This document shows, piece by piece, positions 24,301-39,300 of a DNA stretch of 64,000 bases (the first letter of the stretch is position 1; every line of letters starts with the position of its first letter). A model generated the notes under the pieces. That model worked only from the letters and a program-made list of their open reading frames with translations, did not search any database and was not told the origin of the DNA. This stretch comes from Phoronis australis (Eukaryota > Animalia > Phoronida), in contig NMRA01000518.1 in assembly GCA_002633005.1 (NCBI GenBank), positions 124,001-188,000 of the forward strand. Reading direction: 5' to 3'. A program made the position numbers and the translations under genes.

Positions 24301-27300
24301 CCATTGGTGACCTGAGCATTATCGAAACCATACAGGTCCAAGGTCTGCGCAGTGCCATACTAACGAATCTGCTTCCCACGACGTCGTACCTTGTTGACGT
24401 GCGTGTAACAAAGGGTATCAGTAATAGTGGCTGGAGCTATCCTGCTCGTTTCTCAACACCAGCGCCACCTGTTACACAATCACCAAAGGTAACAACTTCC
24501 AAAGCTGCACAAGAGCCACCTGGTGAGTATTTTTAGTGATAATTTGCTTTGAGTTTTGTTTAAGTACGATTGAATATTGGCCTTTTTTCATAAGTATCTC
24601 TATGAGTATTTTTCTGTTTTTTTCAAATTATTTTGTGGATGAGAAATAATTTAATCTTTGTGATAATTGTGTTTGAAGGGACAATAAGCTCTTATCTTCT
24701 GTCAAAAATTAGTGTTAAATTGAGGCTTAGTCTCATCTTTTCCTAATTCAGCTTAGAAATGGTTTCTAGGCTTGAGAAGAAATGACACACTGTTATTGAT
24801 TCAGATCAGGCCCATTTGTTGTTGCTTATCACAGCAGCGTGTTAGTTTCAGTCTCCAAGGCAGTATAAGTGATTCTCATTGTAAATAATTTCATTTTGAA
24901 TCCAAAAAATAAGAAAGCAATGATGTTGCTTCGAAAGAGAAATGCGCTTGTGAAGTTGATGTTTTTAATACCAGAACACGATTTATAACGGTTTCAACTA
25001 CTATTGTGGACATTTTTATGGAATTTATTATTCTATTTTTCCATTTCAGTTTTGATGGTGTGGCTTTTTAAGAGCATTTAGTCTCGAAAGCCAAATGCAT
25101 GTTGCATGTCTAAGCACTATTATCAATGAAGTTTCACTCACGCCTCTTATTCACCTCCTGAACTATAACGCGATTTACAATCATTGTTAAAACACTTACT
25201 AAATCTGCTGTGACAGTAGGCTCCCTGGCAATGTTAAGAACTTGGCTATACATGTGGCTAACTGTAGTCATGTATTGCTTATCATTTACCTTCACTACTA
25301 CATGTGGCTTTTTCTTAAACAAATTGTTTTGTTTCAGTTTCAGACACAGCCTGGACTATGTAATTTGCTTAATCTTACATTATTATGACTTGCAGGTGAT
25401 GTTGTTGACTGCAGATGGCTGCCTCTCTTTCACAATTATGTAATGTTTATTCGTTTTATGATAATTTTTTTCTAGCTTATTGTAATGAGCCTGTTGAGAG
25501 AGGCAGGTGCTCGGAGAACCTGCTGCGGTTCTACTATAACCCTGAAAGCCGTACATGCGAGCCATTCGGATATACTGGCTGTGATGGAAACAGGAATCGG
25601 TTCCAAACGCAGACAGCGTGTTTGCAAACATGTTGGAAGAAGGAAAATGGAAGCCAACCTGACATTCTGAAGAGAAACGGTGTGTTGACTGTATTCTGAT
25701 TCAAAGAAGTGTTATCATAGCTACGTGTTAGTCGGGACACTTGCAAAGTATAATTATGTCTATGATTTGTGCGTCACTTTTGGGTGATTTTGTAGAGTAT
25801 TATGGCAAAAGCAGGGCGTCAATTTCCTATTTTTTCTCACTCTCTGATGGCTTACCTTGTATGTATTTTGATTTAACTGAAAATTCCCATTGTTAATTTA
25901 TTTTCAGAGCACATATTTTGTAGTGAGCTTATAACCTGTTGCATGTGCTTTATGGCATGGGTTTCTCATTTTTTAAATTTTTGGTGGCCTTGAAAACATG
26001 ATAAAATAATTTATGTGTAAAATGTATTCTGTAATGTTTAGGTGGGCTGTAGCTTCTAATTATCTTAAATTAATACAACCTGTTGCAGGTGCTTTACAGT
26101 AGTTTTTAAACAAAGTTGTCGATGACAAATTACATTGAAATTTGTCTGGTTTCATCGAGGCTGTGGAAAAAAACTCCATTGCAGGAAACAACTCTAAATC
26201 GTGAAAATTAACCGAAAATATTTGCTTCAAAGTGTTGAGATTTTTTTGACAGAACGTCAACTTCTTTTTGAAAACTACTGACTTAAAACTGCAGTGGTTG
26301 TTCATACTAATCCACAATTACTAATATATGTTAAAGGTATACAGAGCGCTGTTTAGATAATGTGACTTATGTTGTGACAATCTGGTTTACGCAATGGCGA
26401 GTCTCAGGTGTTTTGATTTTTGCAACGGGCACGAACAATCCTGAAATAAGGCGAGTTAACGCTCTTGTTTTCTATGGTTATACTGTGGTCAGAATGGATC
26501 TCTTGATGTTGTTTTTGGCATCGTAGTTGGACATTTCTGACTTCCAATGCAGCGCTCTGTGTCACTTCAATTTTATTACCACACTCGACTAATCTTGCAG
26601 CTTTGATGCTTTCTCCTGTTGTAACATACTGAAAATACAGTCCTGAACTATTCAACAAAATGCATATCGTATGGCACAAAATATACTGTACACTTTTTGG
26701 TCGTAATTTGTGCTCAAAATCCAATTTATATCTGAAACATCAGATATGTTATATGAATGCTTTGTTTAATGATACATTGAAGAATTGATGCATGATAGTT
26801 TATAAATGCTATGTGTTTTTAATTTTGCAGTTAGTCAGTAGAAAAATGTAACCAAAAGTGTGTGACAGTATATTTTTATACCATATTGCTCTAGGCTTTT
26901 CTATCACTCTACTAACAGTGTACATTTGTTCGGTAAGAGTTGGATATGACATGCCCACATTTATAGAACCAGTTTTCTCCACTGGATAATGGGCATTAAA
27001 CTGGTTCTCAAAATGTGGACACGTTATATCCGACCATTGCCCATTTGTTCACCCATCGCTTCTGTGCTATAGCTGATACCGTAAAAATCTCCAGTTTCGA
27101 ACAGTCTCTAAAATTTGGGACACCAAAGGTAAAGCTGAAATTAAAAATTTCTTGATTCAGAAGATTGGGACATGAGTGATTTTGGCATTTATCATATTGC
27201 TGAAATTGCCAATCCTAGCATTGTCTGCAAATGGGTAGTTCATAAACTTGTCAATAACAGCCAGTTGACACTGTTTTCATGTGTTCTTTTGGTGCATAAT

Positions 27301-30300
27301 ATAAGAGGTGAATGACGTTTGTTGTTGATCTCAATTCTGTAGTTTGGGACGGACAGTATTGCCTATATCTAAAATGTGGTACAAGCTATGACCTTGAACA
27401 AAATAATTATTTTTCCACTGTTCGAAACTGTGGACTGTTTATCGTACTAATTGTAGAAGAACTCTGTTGTGTTAACATTATGGTGACATCACACTAACAG
27501 CAAATTCAAGAAACAAAAAGTCAACCAAAGTGAACAAATTGCAAAACTCTCCATGCACTCAAAATTCTCACCGAATAAACTTCATAGGAAAGTGGGTGGA
27601 AGTAATTGACAATGAACAATTACAAATTCAAAGCTACGGCCTAGGAACTTCAGCATATTCTAGAAAACGTCAAAAAACTCCCATTCACTCACAAATGCTG
27701 AGCCAATTTGTCCTAGTGTGGTGGTACCTTTAGTTGCAGCCAATGATAACTGACAGTGTCTGCTGGATTATCTGAAATTGTTTTAGTCAGCTTAACACCT
27801 AGTTAGTTGTTTGAAAACATTTTTATTGTTGTCACACTAGTGTTTTGCTCGTGATGGATCGCCGTGGCTTGTAGGGGTTCTGGGAGACCATCTTTGTAAA
27901 AATACAAATTCCATTTGCTATATTTTGGTAATTTTTTAATGCTATATTTTCCATTTTCTTAATTTTGTGTAGATTTTTTTTGACGCCCTGCAAACAGTAG
28001 CGTTGAATCTGAACATGCTTACCCAATGGCGATGATTTTTGTTAAGTTAATTAATGTTTTTCATGCCATTTATGTTCCAATTTGCGAGTTAACATGTGAT
28101 TAAATGAGGGGTAAAAAGAGCAAATTTGCCGTTTAAGTCCAAAGTTCAGTTAATTTTTGCAGATTCAAGAATTTTGATTTTTTTCAGTGTATTTGTCTTT
28201 TTCTTTGATTGAATTGGTGATTGAGAAATAAATTAATTTTAGTTTCTGCAAGGTGTTGTTTTGAGCCTTTTCTCCTGAGATACTTCAGATTGTCAAAGTT
28301 AATCAATGATCGATAAGTCAGTGTCGTTTCTTAACAAATGCTTATGTTCAGATAAGTACCTGTACCTGTGAAGCTCCCTCTGTTAGCATTCATCGTGGCG
28401 AGAATATGCTTTTGGCTTATTCGACCTTTTAGGTCACCATCCTGGGGTCATGTGCGATTTGAGGATACAAAAACTGGAAGGGCTGTTCTTGATTTGACTC
28501 GTGACTCCCATTATATTTCTGCCCTAAATTTGTTGACGGGTAAATGTCTTAATTATCCAATCACATCTATTGGTTTAAAGCGGGAATAAAACCACACCTG
28601 TCAAAAAACTACGTTTTATGTAGTCCATTTGCTGTAATTAAATAGGAATTGATCTTGTTTCTTATGTAAGTTAGAAATGATTTCTAGACTTGAGAAGAAC
28701 TGAAGGGTAACTATTGCTTCAGGCTGGGCCCATTAGTTGCTTATCATGTCGGGTTAGTTTCAGCTGCTGAAGCTGTGTGGGAATTACAGGTGTTTAAATG
28801 AAACCATTTTCAATTCATATTCAGAATGCACTTGGAAATGTAAAAATACCTTTATGTCTGTAACACTTGAACATTAAAAAATCTTCATTCTTCGACTTCC
28901 CAGTTGAACATTCCAGTTCATTATGTTTGTCTTCAAGCCTGTGAGGTATATTTGTTTTGTTTGTATCACATCATATTTTAACATTGATTGTCTTATATTT
29001 GTATGTTCTCCGACAGTTTGTGGTATTCGGCAAGACCCTGGAACATGCAGGGATGCTCTTGTACGATGGAGTTACGACACGGACTATCGGTCTTGCATAG
29101 CATTCTACTACACAGGATGTGGTGGGAACCATAACAAGTTCTTGACGTACAATGACTGCAATGCCTTCTGTTCTGGCTGTAAGTGGACTGTTGACTGTCG
29201 TGGGTTGTGTTACCAGATACTTACTAGACATTAGCGGCAAACAATATTGACTTATAGAATGAATGAACATAGTAAGTTTACCTCCGTAATTCAACATTCC
29301 GAACTCGCCATCAAATCTCTTCAGGAACGGCCATTTTGCCAGTCTGCAATATGGTCCATTGCCTTGTCACGAAGTGATCGCCTTTGACACCGCTGATTTT
29401 GTGTGATTTCCTCAAACTTGCCAGAAATTTGCTCTGCAAAACACACTTGTGGGCAGTGGTTTGTTAGACACTATCTTACCGTAGTCTCCCCAATTTGGGA
29501 CAAAAATTTTTCAAAGGCTTCTAACGTTGTGATTGGTTCCGATTTCTTAGAGTCTTTGTCTGATGGTAGCTATGGTATAAATCTTTAAAATGACTTTGCA
29601 TTTATTTAATGTTACTTATGAAAAAAATGAAATTTCGCTTATTGTTTCCTGTATTGGTGAGATTTTACCTTATTTGATTGTCTTAAATTCTCTCGACTTC
29701 ATGTTGAATGAATATTGAAATCTCTTCCATAACAATCGTGTTCTTTGACAGATGAACCATTGAGGTCAATAACAAACGGTTTTATGGACGTTTAAGAAAT
29801 ACACCCTTGTCCGTGTATTCAGCAGTCTCACACGCTACTAGGTGACTGGCTACCTAAGGTATCAGAAGGTCCATTAATTTTGTTGTGTTTATATGCACTG
29901 TTAACACCAATACATAAGCTTACTTTGTGTTATATACTCAAAATACAATTTCAGACGTGGAATGCAAGCAGCCTCAATGTGACACTGTCTGTCCATTTGG
30001 CTACAAGACTGACATTGATGGCTGTGATACGTGTGACTGTAACNNNNNNNNNNNNNNNNNNNNNNNNNNNNNNNNNNNNNNNNNNNNNNNNNNNNNNNNN
30101 NNNNNNNNNNNNNNNNNNNNNNNNNNNNNNNNNNNNNNNNNNNNNNNNNNNNNNNNNNNNNNNNNNNNNNNNNNNNNNNNNNNNNNNNNNNNNNNNNNNN
30201 NNNNNNNNNNNNNNNNNNNNNNNNNNNNNNNNNNNNNNNNNNNNNNNNNNNNNNNNNNNNNNNNNNNNNNNNNNNNNNNNNNNNNNNNNNNNNNNNNNNN

Positions 30301-33300
30301 NNNNNNNNNNNNNNNNNNNNNNNNNNNNNNNNNNNNNNNNNNNNNNNNNNNNNNNNNNNNNNNNNNNNNNNNNNNNNNNNNNNNNNNNNNNNNNNNNNNN
30401 NNNNNNNNNNNNNNNNNNNNNNNNNNNNNNNNNNNNNNNNNNNNNNNNNNNNNNNNNNNNNNNNNNNNNNNNNNNNNNNNNNNNNNNNNNNNNNNNNNNN
30501 NNNNNNNNNNNNNNNNNNNNNNNNNNNNNNNNNNNNNNNNNNNNNNNNNNNNNNNNNNNNNNNNNNNNNNNNNNNNNNNNNNNNNNNNNNNNNNNNNNNN
30601 NNNNNNNNNNNNNNNNNNNNNNNNNNNNNNNNNNNNNNNNNNNNNNNNNNNNNNNNNNNNNNNNNNNNNGCTGCAGTGAAGGGGGGTTGTGTGGGGTAGT
30701 GGGTGTACATAGAGGTGTTAAGTCTTCATGGAATGGTGCCAGTGGTAGTGAAAGCAGTGCTTAGAATGACCAATGACAAAAAAGGAAAATTTTCCAGGTG
30801 ACTTGCCATTCCACAAATTAAATAGGCTTGTGTGATAGAATTATTTTTGTGTTGTAAAATGTAACTGAAATGAACATATTTGCATGAGTAATGTCAAAAT
30901 AATAATAAAAAGAGATGGAAAAAGAGGAAACTGGAAATCAAATAAGAGGAAATCGAAACCAAAAAATGAGAAATTCCTCTTAAAAGAGGAAAATTCCAAG
31001 CCTTGTGAAAGTAACGATCTGAGCACCCCTGGTTTGTTTTCGTTGTTGCAAGCGGAGTTGGGTAACCAGTGCTTCATTCAAACACGGATGATGATAACAG
31101 ATAGTGTTAATCATAAAGTTTATGACACCGATACTTTATACATGGCGTGACATGACTTAAGTTTTTTTCAGGAATTTGTTCTATATGAAATCGAGAAGTT
31201 GACATTATTGTTAAAGCTCGCATTTTTTCGTTTATATCAAAAACGGTCGTGTTCACCTTTTGTGTATCCTAATGTATGAGCATTCCTCAATGTTGGTCAT
31301 GTTTACCAATTTTGATTTTGGCCGTGAATCATCTGATTGAAGTAATCAGTGAAGTCCATCCATGTGTAGTTAGGAACACTGCCTCAACATATTAAAAAGA
31401 CTAAGCAAAGGGTTTCACTCTAAAACATGAACCAAAACTGGATTTCAAATATGGCAGTGCATGTTCAATCATTTATTTCTTGCAGGGTGTGGTTTGTGGT
31501 AAAGAAGAGGTATGCCGTGTAAGGACATACTATTGTGTTACCACTCCTTGTCCAAAACCTGAGCCAGTCTGTCTATCATGTATGTATCTCTTGTTAAATG
31601 TATTATTATTGTGTGACATCATGCCAATTAAATTTTGTTGTATTGATTTTCTGCTCATGTTTCTTTTTAGAGAAAATTGTGCCATTTTGCACTCTCCTAC
31701 ACAAAATTGACTGGATTCTTTGGGGGGAGGGGGGTGATTTTCAAATATTCCTAAATACAACTTTTTATTTAATTTTTTTGCTGAAAATGTCTTAGCCCCT
31801 GCTTTCAGATCTGATAACATCGATGAATGTATATACTTATGTAATGAGAAGCAATCGCCATTATACCAAGTGGGTGACTGGTCTACTCATNNNNNNNNNN
31901 NNNNNNNNNNNNNNNNNNNNNNNNNNNNNNNNNNNNNNNNNNNNNNNNNNNNNNNNNNNNNNNNNNNNNNNNNNNNNNNNNNNNNNNNNNNNNNNNNNNN
32001 NNNNNNNNNNNNNNNNNNNNNNNNNNNNNNNNNNNNNNNNNNNNNNNNNNNNNNNNNNNNNNNNNNNNNNNNNNNNNNNNNNNNNNNNNNNNNNNNNNNN
32101 NNNNNNNNNNNNNNNNNNNNNNNNNNNNNNNNNNNNNNNNNNNNNNNNNNNNNNNNNNNNNNNNNNNNNNNNNNNNNNNNNNNNNNNNNNNNNNNNNNNN
32201 NNNNNNNNNNNNNNNNNNNNNNNNNNNNNNNNNNNNNNNNNNNNNNNNNNNNNNNNNNNNNNNNNNNNNNNNNNNNNNNNNNNNNNNNNNNNNNNNNNNN
32301 NNNNNNNNNNNNNNNNNNNNNNNNNNNNNNNNNNNNNNNNNNNNNNNNNNNNNNNNNNNNNNNNNNNNNNNNNNNNNNNNNNNNNNNNNNNNNNNNNNNN
32401 NNNNNNNNNNNNNNNNNNNNNNNNNNNNNNNNNNNNNNNNNNNNNNNNNNNNNNNNNNNNNNNNNNNNNNNNNNNNNNNNNNNNNNNNNNNNNNNNNNNN
32501 NNNNNNNNNNNNNNNNNNNNNNNNNNNNNNNNNNNNNNNNNNNNNNNNNNNNNNNNNNNNNNNNNNNNNNNNNNNNNNNNNNNNNNNNNNNNNNNNNNNN
32601 NNNNNNNNNNNNNNNNNNNNNNNNNNNNNNNNNNNNNNNNNNNNNNNNNNNNNNNNNNNNNNNNNNNNNNNNNNNNNNNNNNNNNNNNNNNNNNNNNNNN
32701 NNNNNNNNNNNNNNNNNNNNNNNNNNNNNNNNNNNNNNNNNNTTCCTCTTAAAAGAGGAAAATTCCAAGCCTTGTGAAAGTAACGATCTGAACACCCCTG
32801 GTTTGTTTTCGTTGTTGCAAGCGGAGTTGGGTAACCAGTGCTTCATTCAAACACGGATGATGATAACAGATAGTGTTAATCATAAAGTTTATGACACCGA
32901 TACTTTATACATGGCATGACATGACTTAAGTTTTTTTCAGGAATTTGTTCTATATGAAATCGAGAAGTTGACATTATTGTTAAAGCTCGCATTTTTTCAT
33001 TTATATCAAAAACGGTCGTGTTCACCTTTTGTGTATCCTCATGCATGAGCATTCCTCAATGTTGGTCATGTTTACCAATTTTGATTTTGGCCGTGAATCA
33101 TCTGATTGAAGTAATCAGTGAAGTCCATCCGCTCCTCTATTTTATGATGTGTAGTTATGAACACTGCCTCAACATATTAAAAAGACTAAGCAAAGGGTTT
33201 CACTCTAAAACATGAACCAAAACTGGATTTCAAATATGGCAGTGCATGTTATATCATTTATTTCTTGCAGGGTGTGGTTTGTGGTAAAGAAGAGGTATGC

Positions 33301-36300
33301 CGTGTAAGGACATACTATTGTGTTACCACTCCTTGTCCAAAACCTGAGCCAGTCTGTCTATCATGTATGTATCTCTTGTTAAATATGTTATTATTGTGTG
33401 ACATCATGTCAATTAAATTTTGTTGTTTTGATTTTCTGCTCATGTTTCTTTTTAGAGAAAAGTGCGCCATTTTGCACTGTCCTACACAAAATTGACTGGA
33501 TTCTTTGGGGGGGAAGGGGGTGATTTTCAAATATTCCTAAATACAATTTTTTATTTAATTTTCTTGCTGAAAATGTCTAGCCCCTGCTTTCAGATCTGAT
33601 AACATCGATGAATGTATATCCTTATGTAATGAGAAGCAATCGCCATTATACCAAGTGGGTGACTGGTCTACTCATGGCTTATAGTCACTTACAGGAGGTC
33701 CTGTGTTTTAGAACCAGTTTCTTCCACTGAATAATAGGTATCAAACTGGTTCTCAAAATCTGGGACCCTGAAAGTGTCTAGTGCCTATTTATGTTCTTCT
33801 CCTTTCAAGTGTTGCGTTACAGAACTGTGGTTGTGGGTAGAAGCTCTGTTTAGTTTTCTTTTGTGTGGCATGTTTTTTAAGGTCATAAACATCTAAAGGA
33901 AATTTTTATAAAATGTTTGTATTGTTAGTACAATATCAGTGTATGAGAAGGAATTAATTGTGCTCTTCATCTATCACATGTTGGTAGTTTTGAGTTGTGA
34001 TATAAATTTATTCAGTACGATTCATAAGTAATCAGACGAAATACTGTTTTCCTGTCACGATGGCTAATTCTGTTGACAGCAAACATTACAGGTAATAACT
34101 ACTAAGGCTCCAAAATTCTAATTACAACATGGCGTGGCCATCTTACTGACCTTCTAATTACAACATGGCGTGGCCATCTTACTGACCTTCTAATTACAAC
34201 ATGGCGTGGCCATCTTACTGACCTTCCTGTTAATTTAGGGTCATGAGGGAAGACTACTCTGCCAATGTATCTCACTTCCACCCAACTGTCATTTTGTGTT
34301 AGGCTTGTACTGTCAGTAGATCTGGATTTTTATGCAATCTAATTTCAGTGAAAGATGCTGATATTGACAATACCCTGCCCACTGTTGATCCTCAGACAAG
34401 TAAGTCTGCATTACTTTCATGACTGATTAGTTTAGTTCAGCAGTGGTGCCAGTGCTGTGGAAGTTGTGTGGTGTTGGATTAGCTTTATAAACTTAGTGTG
34501 TGTGTTCTTTTGCTGTTTTGCGACAACTCAAGGTCAAATTGTGCTCCGTAGAATTGGGTAAACTAAGCATATCGTAGAATTTCTTGCTGGGGTATCTCTA
34601 TATAGACAGAACACTGAAGTGGTGTTGAACTAAGCTTTCTGCGTAGATAGCAACACAACTTACTTTTTGAAACCAATGGTTTTCTCTTGCTATGAGCTTG
34701 CGTCGAGTGAAGTCACTCGGTATTTCATCTGCTTAATCACCTAATTATGTTGAATACCTTAATTTTCCTGCCAGTCATTTTGTAGCTAATAGATGTCTGT
34801 TTATACAAAAATTTACAGGGTGTAATAGGTGGAATACAAACACTTGCGACGAGGCAAATTAGTCTGACATGCGCATTTTTGTTAAATGGTCTTGATTGCA
34901 ATAAATGTCCCATTTCCCATTCAATTGGATGTCCCAAAATGTTCCAGTTGATGTTAGAAATCAACATTGTTTTGGTACTCTATCATGAAATGAGCTGCAT
35001 GCCTTCTGAAAAAGTCATGCACCTTAAAATGATCCTGTTCTAGGCCCGGTGAAAATTGACCCACCCGTATTTGTGACTGCGGTCATTACGGGACCAACAT
35101 CTGCGACAGTCTCGTGGACTGACCTGTCTGACACCATGGCCAAGTCGCAGCGCTACTACCGTGTCCGCTACACTGCTGTGGACGATGATTTTGAGGCCGA
35201 ATTTAATGTTACTGGCCCCTACAGGAGTATTGACATAGACACCCTGTTGCCCGAGACCAAGTATACCTTCCAAGTGCAGATAGTTGAAGGTTCAGATGTC
35301 AGTGACTGGAGTCTGGCTGCGCGTAATCGCACTTCCAGCTGTAAGTCATTTCATTTGGTTTCTGATGAAAAATTATTAACGTCATGTTAGGGTAAATGAA
35401 CAAGGCCCTCCCTCTCTTTTTTTAACGTCACATTTTTGACTTGCTGTAGACATTGAGAATGTATTCAATTCAATTCTTTTGTGTGATAAAGCTCTGACTG
35501 CTGCTTGCTTACAAGGGTGTGGTTAAGCTTGACTTAATGCTAGATTTAGTTAGTCCTCTTGTGCTTTGTGAGAGATGGATGTTATTGTTTACATTTATGG
35601 ATGCCGTAAAACTAGGAGACATAATATTAACCTATTGAAAGATTGTACTCGTCTCTAAGATTCTGCTATCAATGACATTCTACCTCAGTGTTCAACTTTC
35701 TGTGATTTCCAAATTTCCAATTATGTTCTCTAGTCGTGCCTTTGATTCTTGACTGCTATTTAGTTGTGTGCAATGGGCAGCCAAGAAATAAGTTCATCTG
35801 CACGTTGTTCAGTTTTTGTTTAATTTTGTTTTTGTTTTACTGCCAGAAATGATGGGGCAACTCTTGGTTCATCTTATTTCAGTACCTCAGAAAGAGATTG
35901 CTCCTAAGTGTACGAATTCTGCATTTGGGTGCTGTTTAGATGGTGTTACCTCAGCTGATGGCTACAACTACCTCGGCTGTCCACGTAAGAAATTATCTAT
36001 CATTAGAATCTATTTGCATATAATTAAATGTCTCTTTAGGGTTGTACAGAATGCACAGAGTTACAACTTTTACCAATTCTTCATTTATTTACCAATTTTT
36101 GAAAGACATTTTTTTATTTCTCTTAAACAGTAGAGATTAAGAATTTCGTAAGTCTATTAGAAGCATAGATTGTAGAGTGTAGTTGTCATAAAACAACATT
36201 TACTAAAACTCCCATTGCTTGCAATAAGGTAAATAAGTCAACCTTATTGGAAAATGACCATTTTGACAACTATTTTTCCTTCAAATAAGTGGAGAATTGC

Positions 36301-39300
36301 TGTAACTTGTGTCTCTGACTGTGAGCAGCCAAAATGGCAAATTTTATTGTTCAGATCTTAGGATAACCTTTCACGCATTTCCTTTGATCATGTCACGTAT
36401 TGTTGGCTGTTTTGCTTTCGGCATCTAACTTTTCTGTTAAGTGAGTTCAGTAAAGCTCCCTACTCCTTCAAAGCCTGTTGACTACTTGTCACTGGATGTG
36501 AATTAGCAAGAGATCATGAGCACTAAGGAAATGGGGTTGTCAGCACTGTCAACTTCCTTATCGTCCATACTGATAACAGTCCACCATTGTAGCAAAAATA
36601 CATGCAAAATTGAACTCTTCATGCTTTTGTGTTTTGATTGTTGCTGGTTATACTAAAGTGATGTCTCCTTATGGCAGCTGTGGCCCCAACCATCCAGGCG
36701 AGTGAAGTGCGTGAAGACATAGCAGCTGCTCGCCATGATAGTATTGAATTACCATGTGTTGCTGTTGGCTCTCCTGTCCCACAGATCACATGGTACAAGA
36801 ACAGGTAAATACGTCTAGCATTTTATTCACGTTCTTGTACCATTTGATGTGCTTAAAGATGCATTTTGTCTTGTTTAGCTGGTAGATTAAAAACAGATAC
36901 GGAATTAGGCCTTTTATTCTGATGAAAACTTGTTAATATTTGTTCCCATGGTCGGGTTCTATTTACCAACAAGAACACTAAAGTTAGCAAACAACCCATT
37001 GAGCCTGATGGCTCATGAAGGATTTACTTGCAATTCTGCTTACGTCATGATCATTTCGGCTTCAGGTTCCCCGTCTTGATGACTATGTACAATGGACGTC
37101 TACAGAAACAAAAGAATGGCTCCCTCATCATCTCTGGTGCTAAGCCCATTGACACCGCCAGCTATATCTGCAGGGCCACCAATGGAGTCAAACCCTGGGC
37201 AACTAAGGAGTATATGGTAGAGATAAGAGGTCAGTGCTGCAAACCCACTGGTCACCACATAGTCTGTCTGATATTCTATTGTTCCTAATCTGTTTTTTAT
37301 TTTATCAATTTTAATACCCAGAAGTGACTTCATAGAATGAAGCAGAGGTAAGCTTATATGACAAAGGATAATTTCAAATTGCAACACTATTCTCAGTAGA
37401 ACTTAAACTACGCAATCTGTTTAAAACTTCTTTAATTGCTCTTTTAGACCCTGTCCAGTTCCTGCCAAGTGAGACTGTTGTCACGGTAATGCCAGGCTCC
37501 GTTGCACACTTGCATTGCTACGCCAAAGGCATCCCAGCACCGGCGATCACATGGTTTAAGGACAACGTGCAACTGCCATCAGAGGGGAATAATAGGTTCC
37601 AAATTATGGAAAATAACACGCTGGCAATTTATAATACTCAACCAGAGGATATCGGAGATTACACGTGCGAAGCAAGAAATGTGATCAGCGTGCTAAAGCA
37701 AACGGTTCAATTAGATTTGAGAGGTTTGTTATCTTTCCTATATCACTGATCATTGCAAACATAAAAAGTTCGCCATTATAATTTGTGTTACTTGCCTGAA
37801 TCCTCCGTGAGATTCAAACATGCGTTTCGTAGATGCAAGTACAACTGGCATTTTAGGCTAAGTGTTCAGCAGGACGGTGATGATGAATGCTTGAGAAACA
37901 TTTACATAAATATATACAAGACTGTACTTCGGGAGCAAGTTTTCCAATCAGCAGAATTGATTTAAAAACACGGCACTTTTCGTTATTGACAGTCTTTATT
38001 CCGTTTTGTTCATATGTTCAGAATTAGTCAGTTACTTCATCAATGTTCCAATGAGTGTAGAGTTTTATTCCGAACATATGAACGAAATGGAATAAAGACT
38101 GTCAGTAACGAAAAGTGTCGTGTGTTTAATCAATCCTGAAAATATATACAAAGAGACATTTCTGTACAAACTTAAACTATCATCGGTGCTCTCAGACAGA
38201 TTCACTGAAGTCAGATATTAGAAGTCCATGCAGTCAACCACTGAGCTAGCTGAGAGCTAAAAGAAATATTAGGGGGGAGGTCCATGCAAGTCACTGTATG
38301 GTGGGAGTCATGGCCAGATGTGTAGTCTTGTTGAAGTGACACTGATAATGAGTAACATGCATGGTTTTGATTCCATAGTATTAGCAATGGTTTAAGTTGT
38401 AATCAAGATGCATGTTCATACATATTTATGTATAATATGTTCATTAAAGTGTTCATCACCCTCCTGTAGCTGCAAGTAGGTTTCCAAAAATTTTAAGATC
38501 CCTCAAGTCTTCCCGAGAAGTCATCATGCATTATAGGTGAATCAAAGTAGCTTTTTTGCATGTGTCTTGTCTCTGCAGAACACATTTTAGAGTACAAGAA
38601 TTGTGATGAAATTTAAAAATGTGAACGTGGATTACTAAGCATTTATTGTTATGCAAGTCGCTCGCTTCTAACCAAATTTTGAGGAGTTTTGTCTTCCCTA
38701 CTGACTGTTATATTCAAACTGGATATTTTTGCTGTAGCTGCATTATCAATTCCACCACTATTTTATGTAGACATTGAGGACAGAAATTTTTTTTCTTGCG
38801 AATCGAAAAGTGACAGGTCATTACCATGCACTTATGTCTAATCCAGTGCTACACTTTACAGCCCCAATTAAGGCCAGTATAGAGTCCCACGAGACAGATT
38901 ACACAGCTGGTGATGAAATAGTGCTCAAGTGCAAGGCGACGGGGTATCCAACACCGAATATTACTTGGACCAAAGATGGCGCCGCTCTGCCTCCTCAGAT
39001 GCGGTTCAAGCCAAGCTCTAGTGGTGTACTGATGGTACAGAAAACAACAACATCGGACTCTGGGACATACACGTGTACAGCATCAAATTATTATGACTTT
39101 GCGTCTACTGCCACCCAGCTCAAGGTGAAACCTAAAGGTATGTGATTGATTGTTATTCCTTCAATAATTCCCCCCACCCCAAGTACTACTACCATGAGAT
39201 GCAAACATGCACACTGTGAACCAGTTATGGACCTTACTCAACGAAAATGCGCCTTTTCCTTGTGAAGTTAGTTTCACACATTGTCAATTCTTATGCTATC

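Noticed and set aside
24750-28780. ~110-bp similarity between 24750-24860 and 28670-28780, upstream of two Kunitz exons
   Set aside because: Too degenerate to distinguish an old interspersed repeat from a duplication relic or a regulatory element.
29880-32919. Long ORFs of 250-350 aa
   Set aside because: Artefacts of translating through N gaps; only the antistasin-like start is real.
30974-33675. Apparent tandem duplication of the Cys-rich exon (30974-31890 vs 32743-33675)
   Set aside because: The copies are near-identical and bounded by N gaps, and the exon is phase 0-1, so including both would frameshift. Most likely two haplotypes scaffolded in tandem; mutually exclusive exons cannot be fully excluded without reads.
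38195-38250. tRNA-like sequence on the minus strand (tagctcagtggttgactgcatggacttctaat)
   Set aside because: Only a D-arm/anticodon-like part is present, with no T arm or acceptor stem; at most a SINE relic.
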